Below are positions 9,105 to 17,530 of a DNA stretch of 64,000 bases, one piece after another (within the stretch, counting starts at the first letter, position 1; every line of letters begins with the position of its first letter). The DNA comes from an uncultured Gammaproteobacteria bacterium (GTDB lineage Bacteria; Patescibacteriota; Microgenomatia; Daviesbacterales; UBA10151), in assembly GCA_964415615.1 (NCBI GenBank), contig CAYQAW010000005.1, forward strand, positions 1,902 to 65,901. Direction: 5' to 3'. The position numbers were made by a program, and so were the translations under genes. Below the pieces are notes generated by a model. The model was not told where the DNA came from. It ran no database searches and saw only the letters and a program-made list of their open reading frames with translations.

Positions 9105-10504
9105 GAATTTATAACACACTAACCAAAAAAGTAGAGGACCTTATTCCTTTAAATCCCCCAAAGGTGGGAATGTACGCCTGTGGTCCGACAGTTTATGATT
9201 ACTCCCACATTGGGCATTTAAGAAAATATGTAAGTGATGATATTTTAAGAAGAGTTTTGGAAAACAGTGGTTATGAAGTTAAGCATGTGATGAATATTAC
9301 TGATGTTGGACACTTGGTTTCTGATGAAGACTCTGGTGAGGATAAGATGGAAAAAGGAGCAAGGGAATCTGGGAGGACTGTTTGGGAAGTGGCTAAGTTT
9401 TATGAAGATTATTTTTGGAAATCAGTAGATACTGTAAATACAAAAAGACCAAGTATAGTTGCCAAAGCCACAGATCATATTGAAGAACAAGTTAAGTTAA
9501 TCCAAAAACTAGAAAAAAATGGGTTTATTTATCAAACAGATCAGGCAATTTATTTTGATATTTCCAAATTTCCTAATTACACCAAATTATCTGGACAAAA
9601 ATTAGAAGAAAAAGAAATTGGAGCAAGAGAAGATGTAGTCATAGATAAACAAAAGAAAAGTCCAGTGGACTTTGCCCTGTGGTTTTTTACTGTTGGGCAT
9701 TTTGAGGGCCATAGCATGAGATGGCCTTCTCCTTGGGGTGAAGGATTTCCTGGTTGGCACATAGAGTGTTCTGCTATGAGTATGGAATACTTGGGGGATT
9801 CTTTTGAAGTCCATACAGGAGGAATAGATCATATTCCTGTTCATCATACCAATGAGATTGCCCAATCTGAGGCAGCTACAGGAAAACCCTTTGTTAAATA
9901 TTGGGTTCATCATAATTTCTTAATAGTAGATGGAGAAAAAATGTCCAAGTCCAAGAAGAATTTTTATAGAATTGATGAGATTATAGAGAAAGGTTTTGAT
10001 CCTTTGGCTTTAAGATATTTATTTCTAACAGCTCACTACAGAGATAAATTAAATTTTACCTGGGAATCTTTACAAGCTGCCCAAAATGCTTTGAATAACT
10101 TAAGGGAAACTGTCAGGAATTGGGAGCAGCCAAAGATTGGTTGTGCTCAATTTGAGCAGGATTTTACAGCAGCAATAAACAATGATTTAAATACCCCACA
10201 AGCACTAGCAGTTTTATGGGAACTAGTTAAGAGTGACTATCCAACTTCAGCTAAAGCCAAAACTATTTTAGAAATGGATAAAATTTTAGGGCTAAAATTA
10301 GATGAATATTTAGACAAAAAGATAGAAGTTCCAGAAGAGGTACAAGAGCTTGTTAACCAAAGAGAAAAGGTAAGAAAATCAGGAGACTTTAAAGCCTCAG
10401 ATGAGCTGCGTCATCAAATCAAAAAGCTAGGATATGAAATAGAAGACACTCCAACTGGACCAAAAATTAAAGGTTTAGTTGATATAAGACTCCTTCCGTG
10501 TTAA
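9101..10504 (+). CDS. cysS: Cysteinyl-tRNA synthetase
   Basis: HIGH motif (SHIGHLR), KMSKS, zinc-binding Cys near N-terminus (CGPTVYD); 467 aa. Confidence 0.9.
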   Translation: MRIYNTLTKKVEDLIPLNPPKVGMYACGPTVYDYSHIGHLRKYVSDDILRRVLENSGYEVKHVMNITDVGHLVSDEDSGEDKMEKGARESGRTVWEVAKFYEDYFWKSVDTVNTKRPSIVAKATDHIEEQVKLIQKLEKNGFIYQTDQAIYFDISKFPNYTKLSGQKLEEKEIGAREDVVIDKQKKSPVDFALWFFTVGHFEGHSMRWPSPWGEGFPGWHIECSAMSMEYLGDSFEVHTGGIDHIPVHHTNEIAQSEAATGKPFVKYWVHHNFLIVDGEKMSKSKKNFYRIDEIIEKGFDPLALRYLFLTAHYRDKLNFTWESLQAAQNALNNLRETVRNWEQPKIGCAQFEQDFTAAINNDLNTPQALAVLWELVKSDYPTSAKAKTILEMDKILGLKLDEYLDKKIEVPEEVQELVNQREKVRKSGDFKASDELRHQIKKLGYEIEDTPTGPKIKGLVDIRLLPC

Positions 10505-11001
10505 AATGTACCCCTTATATGTCAAAGGAAGTTGTTGCAAGTTATTCTCTGAAATGTGAAGGTGTTAGCCCAACTGAGGTTGCTCCTTTACTAGATCATC
10601 CTGCAGAGCCAAGTTTAACTATCTTCAAAGATGGGTCTAGATCCGTAGGTTGCCCATATTTATTTTCAGGGGTATGCTATGCTTCAGAATCTTCAAAATC
10701 AATATGTACACAACTTTTTCCTGAAACTAATACAGGCATGCCTCAACAGTTTGGACAACATGATAGGCCATTGAAAAATGATGTAGTAGAAGTAGACGGT
10801 GAAAGATTAGGTAGTTTGAGATTACAACACCATTTAACTTTGAGGATCTTAGGTCGAGCAGCAAGAATTAGTGTATCCACATTATCGCAATTGGAAAATG
10901 GAAAAACGACAAGATTAGGTCATCCTAAAGCTGAACGATTAGCACATGCTCTAGGAGTCGATTTAGAACAATTTAGACAAGTAGCTCAGGAAAATAAATA
11001 A
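10498..11001 (+). CDS. XRE-family helix-turn-helix protein with C-terminal HTH; atypical composition
   Basis: C-terminal LRILGRAARISVSTLSQLENGKTT...LAHALGVDLEQF matches HTH_3/XRE. The N-terminal half has no similarity. GC is visibly higher than neighbours. Confidence 0.45.
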   Translation: MLKCTPYMSKEVVASYSLKCEGVSPTEVAPLLDHPAEPSLTIFKDGSRSVGCPYLFSGVCYASESSKSICTQLFPETNTGMPQQFGQHDRPLKNDVVEVDGERLGSLRLQHHLTLRILGRAARISVSTLSQLENGKTTRLGHPKAERLAHALGVDLEQFRQVAQENK

Positions 11002-11022
11002 GAACCCCATTCCCATATAATC

Positions 11023-11334
11023 TTGGACGTGAACATTTTGGTTAAAAGTTCATTTTGTTTTCGATCGAAAAATTTTGTCACAAAAAACGCCAGTGGTTTT
11101 GGTGGTATAATATTACTTAATATGAAATTAAAGATTGCTCAAATTAAAGAAAAAGTTGTGCCTATTTTAAAAGGAGCAGAGGTAACCCGCTCATCTATTT
11201 TTGGTTTCTATGTCCGTGCTTGCGTGATAGAATCCTGGATGAGCAGGTTCGCATTCTATGATAAAAGACCCACAAATTTTTCTTTCAGATATGAGAAGTA
11301 CGCTTATACGCGGTTATTTTCAAGTAGATCTTGA
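11023..11334 (+). CDS. Hypothetical protein (doubtful)
   Basis: ORF only. Contains a 17-nt exact match to the purL coding sequence. Confidence 0.2.
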   Translation: MDVNILVKSSFCFRSKNFVTKNASGFGGIILLNMKLKIAQIKEKVVPILKGAEVTRSSIFGFYVRACVIESWMSRFAFYDKRPTNFSFRYEKYAYTRLFSSRS

Positions 11335-11419
11335 TATTATTTGGGATATGAGTACAAATGATCTGCCATTATTTAAGAAACAAATTAAAGAACTTCTCGA
11401 AGAAACAAAAAAATAGACC

Positions 11420-12070
11420 ATGGGAACAGAAGTAGTTACAATTGATGGTCCAACCAGCTCCGGCAAGAATAGTGTCGGATTTTTACTCTCTCAAAAGTTA
11501 GGCTACCAATATATTGATTCAGGTTCTATTTACCGCTCTGGCTGTATTTTAATTTTACGCAATAATATATCCTTACAGGATTTAGAAAAAATTGTTGATG
11601 TATTTAGTAATCTTCAGATAGAAACCCGAGACCAAAGATTTCTTGTAAATGGTGAAGATTTTACAGATCATTTACATGATCCAGAAGTTACTAAACTGGT
11701 TCCAATTATTGCTGCAATAAGAGAGGTAAGGGAGGCTGTAAAAGTGATTCAATATAAATTAGTAAGCTCCAAAAGTACAGTGATGACAGGCAGGGATATT
11801 GGTTCAGAAATTTTTCCTCAAGCCCATCATAAATTCTACTTAACAGCAGATGTTAAAATAAGAGCCCAAAGAAGATTCAAACAACTTGTTAAAAAAGATC
11901 CAAGTGTAAAATATGAGGATGTGTTAAAAAATATGGAAGATAGAGACAAACAAGATGAAACAAGAGAAGTATCACCTTTAAGAATTCCAGAAAATGCAAT
12001 AGTTGTTGATAACTCAAATTTAGACGTTGAACAAACAGTGGAGGAAATGCTAAAACATATCAATGTATAA
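11420..12070 (+). CDS. cmk: Cytidylate kinase
   Basis: P-loop VTIDGPTSSGKNS and YIDSGSIYR. Confidence 0.85.
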   Translation: MGTEVVTIDGPTSSGKNSVGFLLSQKLGYQYIDSGSIYRSGCILILRNNISLQDLEKIVDVFSNLQIETRDQRFLVNGEDFTDHLHDPEVTKLVPIIAAIREVREAVKVIQYKLVSSKSTVMTGRDIGSEIFPQAHHKFYLTADVKIRAQRRFKQLVKKDPSVKYEDVLKNMEDRDKQDETREVSPLRIPENAIVVDNSNLDVEQTVEEMLKHINV

Positions 12071-13325
12071 GATAAAGACATTATATAATGGTTTAACTTT
12101 AATAACTGTGGACATGTCACATCTTGACTCAGTTACTACTTTGATAGCAGTTGGTGCTGGTTCAAGGTATGAAACAAGAAAAATAAATGGTATCTCTCAT
12201 TTTTTGGAGCACATGTTTTTTAAAGGCTCTACCAAATATCCTAGCGCTGAGCAAATCTCTACTTTGGTAGATAGTATTGGGGCTGTAAATAATGCTGCCA
12301 CAGACAAAGAGGTAACTTATTACTGGATTAAATCTGCAGCAAAATACCTAGAACTTTCTACAGATATTCTTTCATCCATGGTTAAAGAATCGTTGCTTGC
12401 CAAGGAAGAAATCGAAAGAGAAAAAGGGGTAATTATAGAAGAGTTAAGAATGCTTAGGGATAATCCAGCCAGGCATATTTGGGATTTGTATGAAAGACTG
12501 CAATTTGGAGATCAGCCTTTGGGATGGGACATTGGAGGAGATGAAAAAACAATAATGTCTTTAAACAGAGATGATTTTGTTTCATATATGGATTCATTAT
12601 ATTCACCAAAGAATATGGCTTTAGTATATGCTGGAAAATTGCCAAAAAATATTGAAGAATTAGCCAGTAAATATTTTTCAAACCTATCTAAAAAACCAGT
12701 ATCTGTTTTTAATTCCTACAAAAAATCTAAACAATTAAAACCAAAAGTTGATATATTCTATAAAGCTACTGATCAAGCAAATCTTATTTTAGGGGTGGAA
12801 GGTTTTAGCAGGGATGATGAAAGACGTTTTGTTGCCAGGCTTTTGGGAGTAATTTTGGGTGAGGGAATGTCTTCCAGGTTGTTTATTCAAGTTAGGGAAA
12901 GAAGGGGCCTAGCTTATCATGTTAGCGCCAGTCATAGCAGCTATCAAGACACTGGTTCATTTGCTGTCTATGCTGGTTTGAAACTGGAAAAAGTTTATGA
13001 AGGGTTGGAAGTAATTTTAGCAGAGCTGCAGCTGCTTATAGCAGAAAAAGTTACAGATGATGAACTGAAAAAAGCCAAGCAAATGTTAAGAGGTAGGATT
13101 GCTCTGCAGTCTGAGTCAACAAACTTTCTGGCAGAATATTTTGGGACACAATTTGTTTTAGATAGAAAGGTAGAAACTTTTGATGAAATCTTACAAAAAA
13201 TGGATAAAGTCACCAAAGAGGATTTGCAAAAAATGGCACAAGAATTATTTGTAAAAGAAAACTTTAATTTGCAAGTGATTGGTCCTTTTAAGGAGAAAAG
13301 TAAGTTTGAAAAATTTTTCTCTTAA
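12063..13325 (+). CDS. M16-family zinc peptidase (insulinase-like)
   Basis: Inverted zinc motif HFLEHMFFKGS (HxxEH); 420 aa. Confidence 0.8.
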   Translation: MYKIKTLYNGLTLITVDMSHLDSVTTLIAVGAGSRYETRKINGISHFLEHMFFKGSTKYPSAEQISTLVDSIGAVNNAATDKEVTYYWIKSAAKYLELSTDILSSMVKESLLAKEEIEREKGVIIEELRMLRDNPARHIWDLYERLQFGDQPLGWDIGGDEKTIMSLNRDDFVSYMDSLYSPKNMALVYAGKLPKNIEELASKYFSNLSKKPVSVFNSYKKSKQLKPKVDIFYKATDQANLILGVEGFSRDDERRFVARLLGVILGEGMSSRLFIQVRERRGLAYHVSASHSSYQDTGSFAVYAGLKLEKVYEGLEVILAELQLLIAEKVTDDELKKAKQMLRGRIALQSESTNFLAEYFGTQFVLDRKVETFDEILQKMDKVTKEDLQKMAQELFVKENFNLQVIGPFKEKSKFEKFFS

Positions 13326-13812
13326 GTCTTAAACCAATAAATAAAGCAATTCCTGCAACTGCAAATCCTCCCAGAATATCTTGTGGGTAGTGAACACCAA
13401 CAAATACTCTTGCTATTCCTACCCAAAGCATAATAGGGAGCAAAAGTAGTGCCCATTTTGATTTAAAGTAAGCGAAAGAAAAAGCAATTACAGCAGCAAT
13501 TGTGGCATGCCTTGATGGAAATGAGGCATCCATTTTTTCAGCCACAATAGGTAGAAAATTAAAAGCTACGAAGGGCCTATTCACATAAACAAAAAGATGA
13601 ATTATTTTTACAAGTAAAATTGTTACAGACAAGCCAATTAAAATCAGTAAAACAGCTTTTTTCTCTTTTGCTCCACCTTTGAAAGCCAGTATTAAACATA
13701 GTGCAAATACCAGATAAATTAGAGTTGTAGCTCCAAATATCATTACTTGATCTAAAATTGGGCTTTGTTTATTTAGATTAAATATTAAAAAAAATAGATC
13801 CTGATTGCTCAT
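13288..13812 (-). CDS. PAP2-family phosphatase (undecaprenyl-diphosphatase / phosphatidate phosphatase-like)
   Basis: PAP2 motifs PSRHAT and GVHYPQDILGG; multiple TM segments. Confidence 0.8.
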   Translation of the reverse strand: MSNQDLFFLIFNLNKQSPILDQVMIFGATTLIYLVFALCLILAFKGGAKEKKAVLLILIGLSVTILLVKIIHLFVYVNRPFVAFNFLPIVAEKMDASFPSRHATIAAVIAFSFAYFKSKWALLLLPIMLWVGIARVFVGVHYPQDILGGFAVAGIALFIGLRLKRKIFQTYFSP

Positions 13813-14159
13813 CTGCTAACGTATGGAAGGAAGACTATTATACCAATAACTGCAGAAGTAATAGCAGCTATCAAAACTGCTGCTGCTGAGATATCTTTAG
13901 CTAATTTTGCTCCTAGGTGTTCCTTATCTGTAAAAGCATCAACTACTGCCTCAATTGCAGTATTAGTAAGTTCTACAGAAATTACAAAACCCATCAAAAA
14001 AATAACAGTAATCCAGTCTTGCTTTGAGATTTTTAACAGAATAGAGATAGCAAGGACTACAATTCCAATTAAAAAATGAGTCTTTAAATTTGGTTCTTCT
14101 TTCAAAGCAGTTACAAGTCCTGCAAAAGCATATTTAAAAGAAAGTATCTTTCGGGACAT
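13809..14159 (-). CDS. dgkA: Diacylglycerol / undecaprenol kinase (DgkA family)
   Basis: 116 aa, three TM segments; IEAVVDAFTDKEHLGAKLAKD resembles the DgkA core. Confidence 0.75.
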   Translation of the reverse strand: MSRKILSFKYAFAGLVTALKEEPNLKTHFLIGIVVLAISILLKISKQDWITVIFLMGFVISVELTNTAIEAVVDAFTDKEHLGAKLAKDISAAAVLIAAITSAVIGIIVFLPYVSR

Positions 14160-14222
14160 AAGTTTAGTATACCATGATTTTCAGATTCTTGACTTATAGC
14201 CTGGATTTAGTTATATTAGGCT

Positions 14223-15620
14223 ATGGGAACTCGCATTAAAGAGAAATGTGGGATATTTGGAGTTTACGGGAAAGGTTTTGAGGCAGCCCGTTTAGTTCAT
14301 CCAGGCCTTTGGGCTCTTCAACACAGGGGTCAGGAATCTTCAGGAATTGCTTCCTCTGATGGAAGAAAGATTTATCTACATAAAGGTATGGGATTGGTAG
14401 CCCATGTTTTTGAAGAAAAAGATTTAAAGTATTTAAAAGGGTATTTAGCAATTGGTCATAACCGTTATTCCACCTCAGGGGACTCAAAAGTTTCTCATGC
14501 TCAACCTATTTTAGAAAAGATTTCTACAGGAAAGTATATAGCTTTAGTTCATAATGGTAATCTCCCTTCTGTTAAAAGTTTAGAAGAATTTCTCAAAAGT
14601 AAAAAAATTCCCACAAAAGGATTAAATGATTCAGAAATGATTGCAAAAGCTATTGCTTTTTATGCCAAAGATTTAAGTTTAGAAGAAGCTATTAAAAAAG
14701 CTTACCCACTTTTTACTGGAGTATTTTGTTTACTTATAATGGATGAGAAAAAAGTAATTGCAGTCAGGGACAGTTTTGGTATAAGGCCGCTCTCTTTAGG
14801 TAAGCTAAATGGAGGATTTATTGTTGCCTCAGAAACATGTGCTTTAGATATTGTGGGGGCACAGTTTCTAAGAGAAGTAAAACCTGGAGAGATGGTTGTT
14901 ATAGATGATAAAGGTTTAAAAAGTATTCAAGTAGAAAAAGGAAGTCAAAAATTGGATATTTTTGAATTTGTTTATTTTGCAAGACCAGATAGTATTTTAC
15001 TTGGACAGAGTGTTGATGCTGTAAGGCAAAATTTAGGGAAAGAATTGGCAAAAGAAAATAATCTAAAAGCCGATGTTGTTATACCTGTTCCAGATTCTGC
15101 TATCCCTGCTGCTATTGGATTTTCCAGGCAATCTGGTATTCCCTTTGAAATGGGGCTTATTAAAAACCGTTATATCCATAGAACCTTCATTTCTCCTGAA
15201 TCACATACCAGACAGAAAATAGTTCAACTAAAACTAAATCCAATGAAACATGTGCTCGCTGGTAAAAGGGTGATTGTCATTGATGATTCAATAGTAAGAG
15301 GAACAACTTCCAAACAGATTATTAAAATGATTAGAAATGCGGGAGCAAAAGAAGTTCATTTGCTGGTTTCTTCTCCACCAATGAAGTTTCCAGATTTTTA
15401 TGGTATTGATACTCCAGATCAAAAAGAATTAGTTGCAGCAGTAAAGACAATTGAACAAATTGGCAAAGAGCTGGGAGTAGATTCTATCCATTATTTATCA
15501 TATAAAGGTTTAATCAAAGCAACTGGTTTATCAGAGGATGTGCTATGCACAGCTTGTTTTACTGGAAATTATCCAGTTGATATAGGAGAAAGAAAAAAAG
15601 AAATTAGATATGATGTGTAG
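14223..15620 (+). CDS. purF: Amidophosphoribosyltransferase
   Basis: N-terminal CGIFGV nucleophile Cys and a PRT-type C-terminal domain. Confidence 0.9.
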   Translation: MGTRIKEKCGIFGVYGKGFEAARLVHPGLWALQHRGQESSGIASSDGRKIYLHKGMGLVAHVFEEKDLKYLKGYLAIGHNRYSTSGDSKVSHAQPILEKISTGKYIALVHNGNLPSVKSLEEFLKSKKIPTKGLNDSEMIAKAIAFYAKDLSLEEAIKKAYPLFTGVFCLLIMDEKKVIAVRDSFGIRPLSLGKLNGGFIVASETCALDIVGAQFLREVKPGEMVVIDDKGLKSIQVEKGSQKLDIFEFVYFARPDSILLGQSVDAVRQNLGKELAKENNLKADVVIPVPDSAIPAAIGFSRQSGIPFEMGLIKNRYIHRTFISPESHTRQKIVQLKLNPMKHVLAGKRVIVIDDSIVRGTTSKQIIKMIRNAGAKEVHLLVSSPPMKFPDFYGIDTPDQKELVAAVKTIEQIGKELGVDSIHYLSYKGLIKATGLSEDVLCTACFTGNYPVDIGERKKEIRYDV

Positions 15621-17505
15621 GTTAGCAGTTTTAATATCAAATAAAGGCACAGGTACTAATTTACAAGCAATCATCGATGGGGTAAAAAGCAAAAAAATAC
15701 AAGCAAAAATTGTAGCAGTTGTTAGTGATGCTCCAGATGTTCTAGGTCTGCAAAGAGCAAGAAAACATGAACTTCCTATCAAAATAGTGCCCAAAAAAGA
15801 AGAACTTTCAGGTGTATTAAAAAAATTAGATTTAGACTATATCTGTTTGGCAGGTTGGAAGCAGATTATTTTAGATGAGGCAATAGAGGCTTTTCCAAAT
15901 CGTATTTTAAATATTCACCCAGGACTTATACCAGATGATATAAAAGGAGAAGTGGTAAATCCAGATGGCACAGAGGGATTATGGAATAAGGGGAAATTAA
16001 CAGATTTGGCAATACAGCAATTTATAGAAAGTAAAGCTACTTATGCAGGTTCCACAATTCACTTTTTAACAAAAGAATTTGATTTTGGACCAGTTTTGGG
16101 AAGAGTTTTTGAAAAAGTTAAAAAAGGAGATACAGTTGAATCTTTATACAGCAGGCTTAAAGTTAAAGAAAATAAACTTTATGTAGAAGTGCTATCAAAA
16201 CTATGTAGTCAAAAAACAATATTAATTACTGATGGCGGTGGAAGAGGAGCAGCTTTAGTAGATAAATATGCTCAATTTAGTGATGTGGGCAGAATTTTAG
16301 TAGTACCAGGAAATGATTTAATGCAAATTAATACAAAAAAACCGGTTCTAACTTTTTCTAATTTGAAAACAACCAGTGTTAAAGAAATTTTAGAAATTTG
16401 TAAAAAAGAGAAAGTAGATTTTGTAGATGTTTCTCAGGACAATGCAGTGGAGGTTGGGATAGTGGATAGAGTAAGTAAATTAGGTATTGCTGTATTTGGG
16501 CCAACTAAAAAAGCAGGACAAATAGAATGGGATAAAGCCTGGGCTAGGGATTTTATGGAAAAATATGAAATTCCTTCTCCAAAATTTTATAAATTTACAT
16601 CAGAAAAAGATGGAATTGATTTTGTCAGTAAAAACTCTAATTCTAGATGGTTTGTGAAGGCTTCAGGTTTGGCAGAAGGAAAGGGAGCTATTCCAGCATC
16701 AGATCTAAATGAAGCAATCTCTGCCATCAAAGAGATGAAAAAGTTTGGATCTTCAGGTGAAACTTATTTATTGGAAGAATGGTTAGCTGGAGAAGAGTTT
16801 TCTGCATTTGCGCTGTGTGATGGAAAAGACTTTAAAATAGTTGGTTTTGCTCAAGATCATAAAAGGGTAAATGATAGAGACCTTGGACCAAATACTGGAG
16901 GAATGGGTTGTGTGAGCAATCCTTTAGTAATTTCAAATTACAAATTACAAATTTCAAATATTTTTAGGAAAACAGTTGAAGGATTAAGAAAAGAAAAAAG
17001 ACCTTACAAAGGAGTATTGTACTTAGGGGGAATCGTAGTTGGGGGTACGGTTTATATTATAGAGTTTAATGCCAGATGGGGAGACCCTGAGGCAGAAGTT
17101 TTGTTGCCAAGTATAAAAAATGATTTATATGAAGTAGCTTTAGCAATTATTGAAGGAAAAATAAATAAACTAAATCTGAAAGTTGATAAAAAAGTTAGGG
17201 TAGCAGTAGCAGCTTGCGCTAAAGGTTATCCTGTTGATTACTCTAAAGTAAAAGGTAAAAAAGTACTAGGAATTGAGAAAGCTCTAAATACCGGAGTTAA
17301 AGTTTATGGAGCAGGTGTTAAAAAAGTAGGACAAGATTTTGTAGTAAATGGTGGCAGGGTTTTATATGTAGTTGGTGAAGGAAAAAATATAATTGAGGCA
17401 AGAGAGAAAGCATATCAAGCTATGGAATTAATAAGCATTGAAGGGAATAATTTACATTTTAGAAAAGATATTGGCTGGAGGGATTTGAAGAGAATGGAAA
17501 ATTGA
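15610..17505 (+). CDS. Fusion protein: GAR formyltransferase (PurN) N-terminal ~200 aa plus GAR synthetase (PurD) C-terminal ~430 aa
   Basis: PurN motifs AVLISNKGTGTNLQAI and NIHPGL...HFLTKEFDFGPVL. These are followed by a PurD ATP-grasp (ITDGGGRGAAL..., NARWGDPEAEV). Confidence 0.8.
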   Translation: MMCRLAVLISNKGTGTNLQAIIDGVKSKKIQAKIVAVVSDAPDVLGLQRARKHELPIKIVPKKEELSGVLKKLDLDYICLAGWKQIILDEAIEAFPNRILNIHPGLIPDDIKGEVVNPDGTEGLWNKGKLTDLAIQQFIESKATYAGSTIHFLTKEFDFGPVLGRVFEKVKKGDTVESLYSRLKVKENKLYVEVLSKLCSQKTILITDGGGRGAALVDKYAQFSDVGRILVVPGNDLMQINTKKPVLTFSNLKTTSVKEILEICKKEKVDFVDVSQDNAVEVGIVDRVSKLGIAVFGPTKKAGQIEWDKAWARDFMEKYEIPSPKFYKFTSEKDGIDFVSKNSNSRWFVKASGLAEGKGAIPASDLNEAISAIKEMKKFGSSGETYLLEEWLAGEEFSAFALCDGKDFKIVGFAQDHKRVNDRDLGPNTGGMGCVSNPLVISNYKLQISNIFRKTVEGLRKEKRPYKGVLYLGGIVVGGTVYIIEFNARWGDPEAEVLLPSIKNDLYEVALAIIEGKINKLNLKVDKKVRVAVAACAKGYPVDYSKVKGKKVLGIEKALNTGVKVYGAGVKKVGQDFVVNGGRVLYVVGEGKNIIEAREKAYQAMELISIEGNNLHFRKDIGWRDLKRMEN

Positions 17506-17530
17506 GAATTGAAAATGGAGAATTAATATC

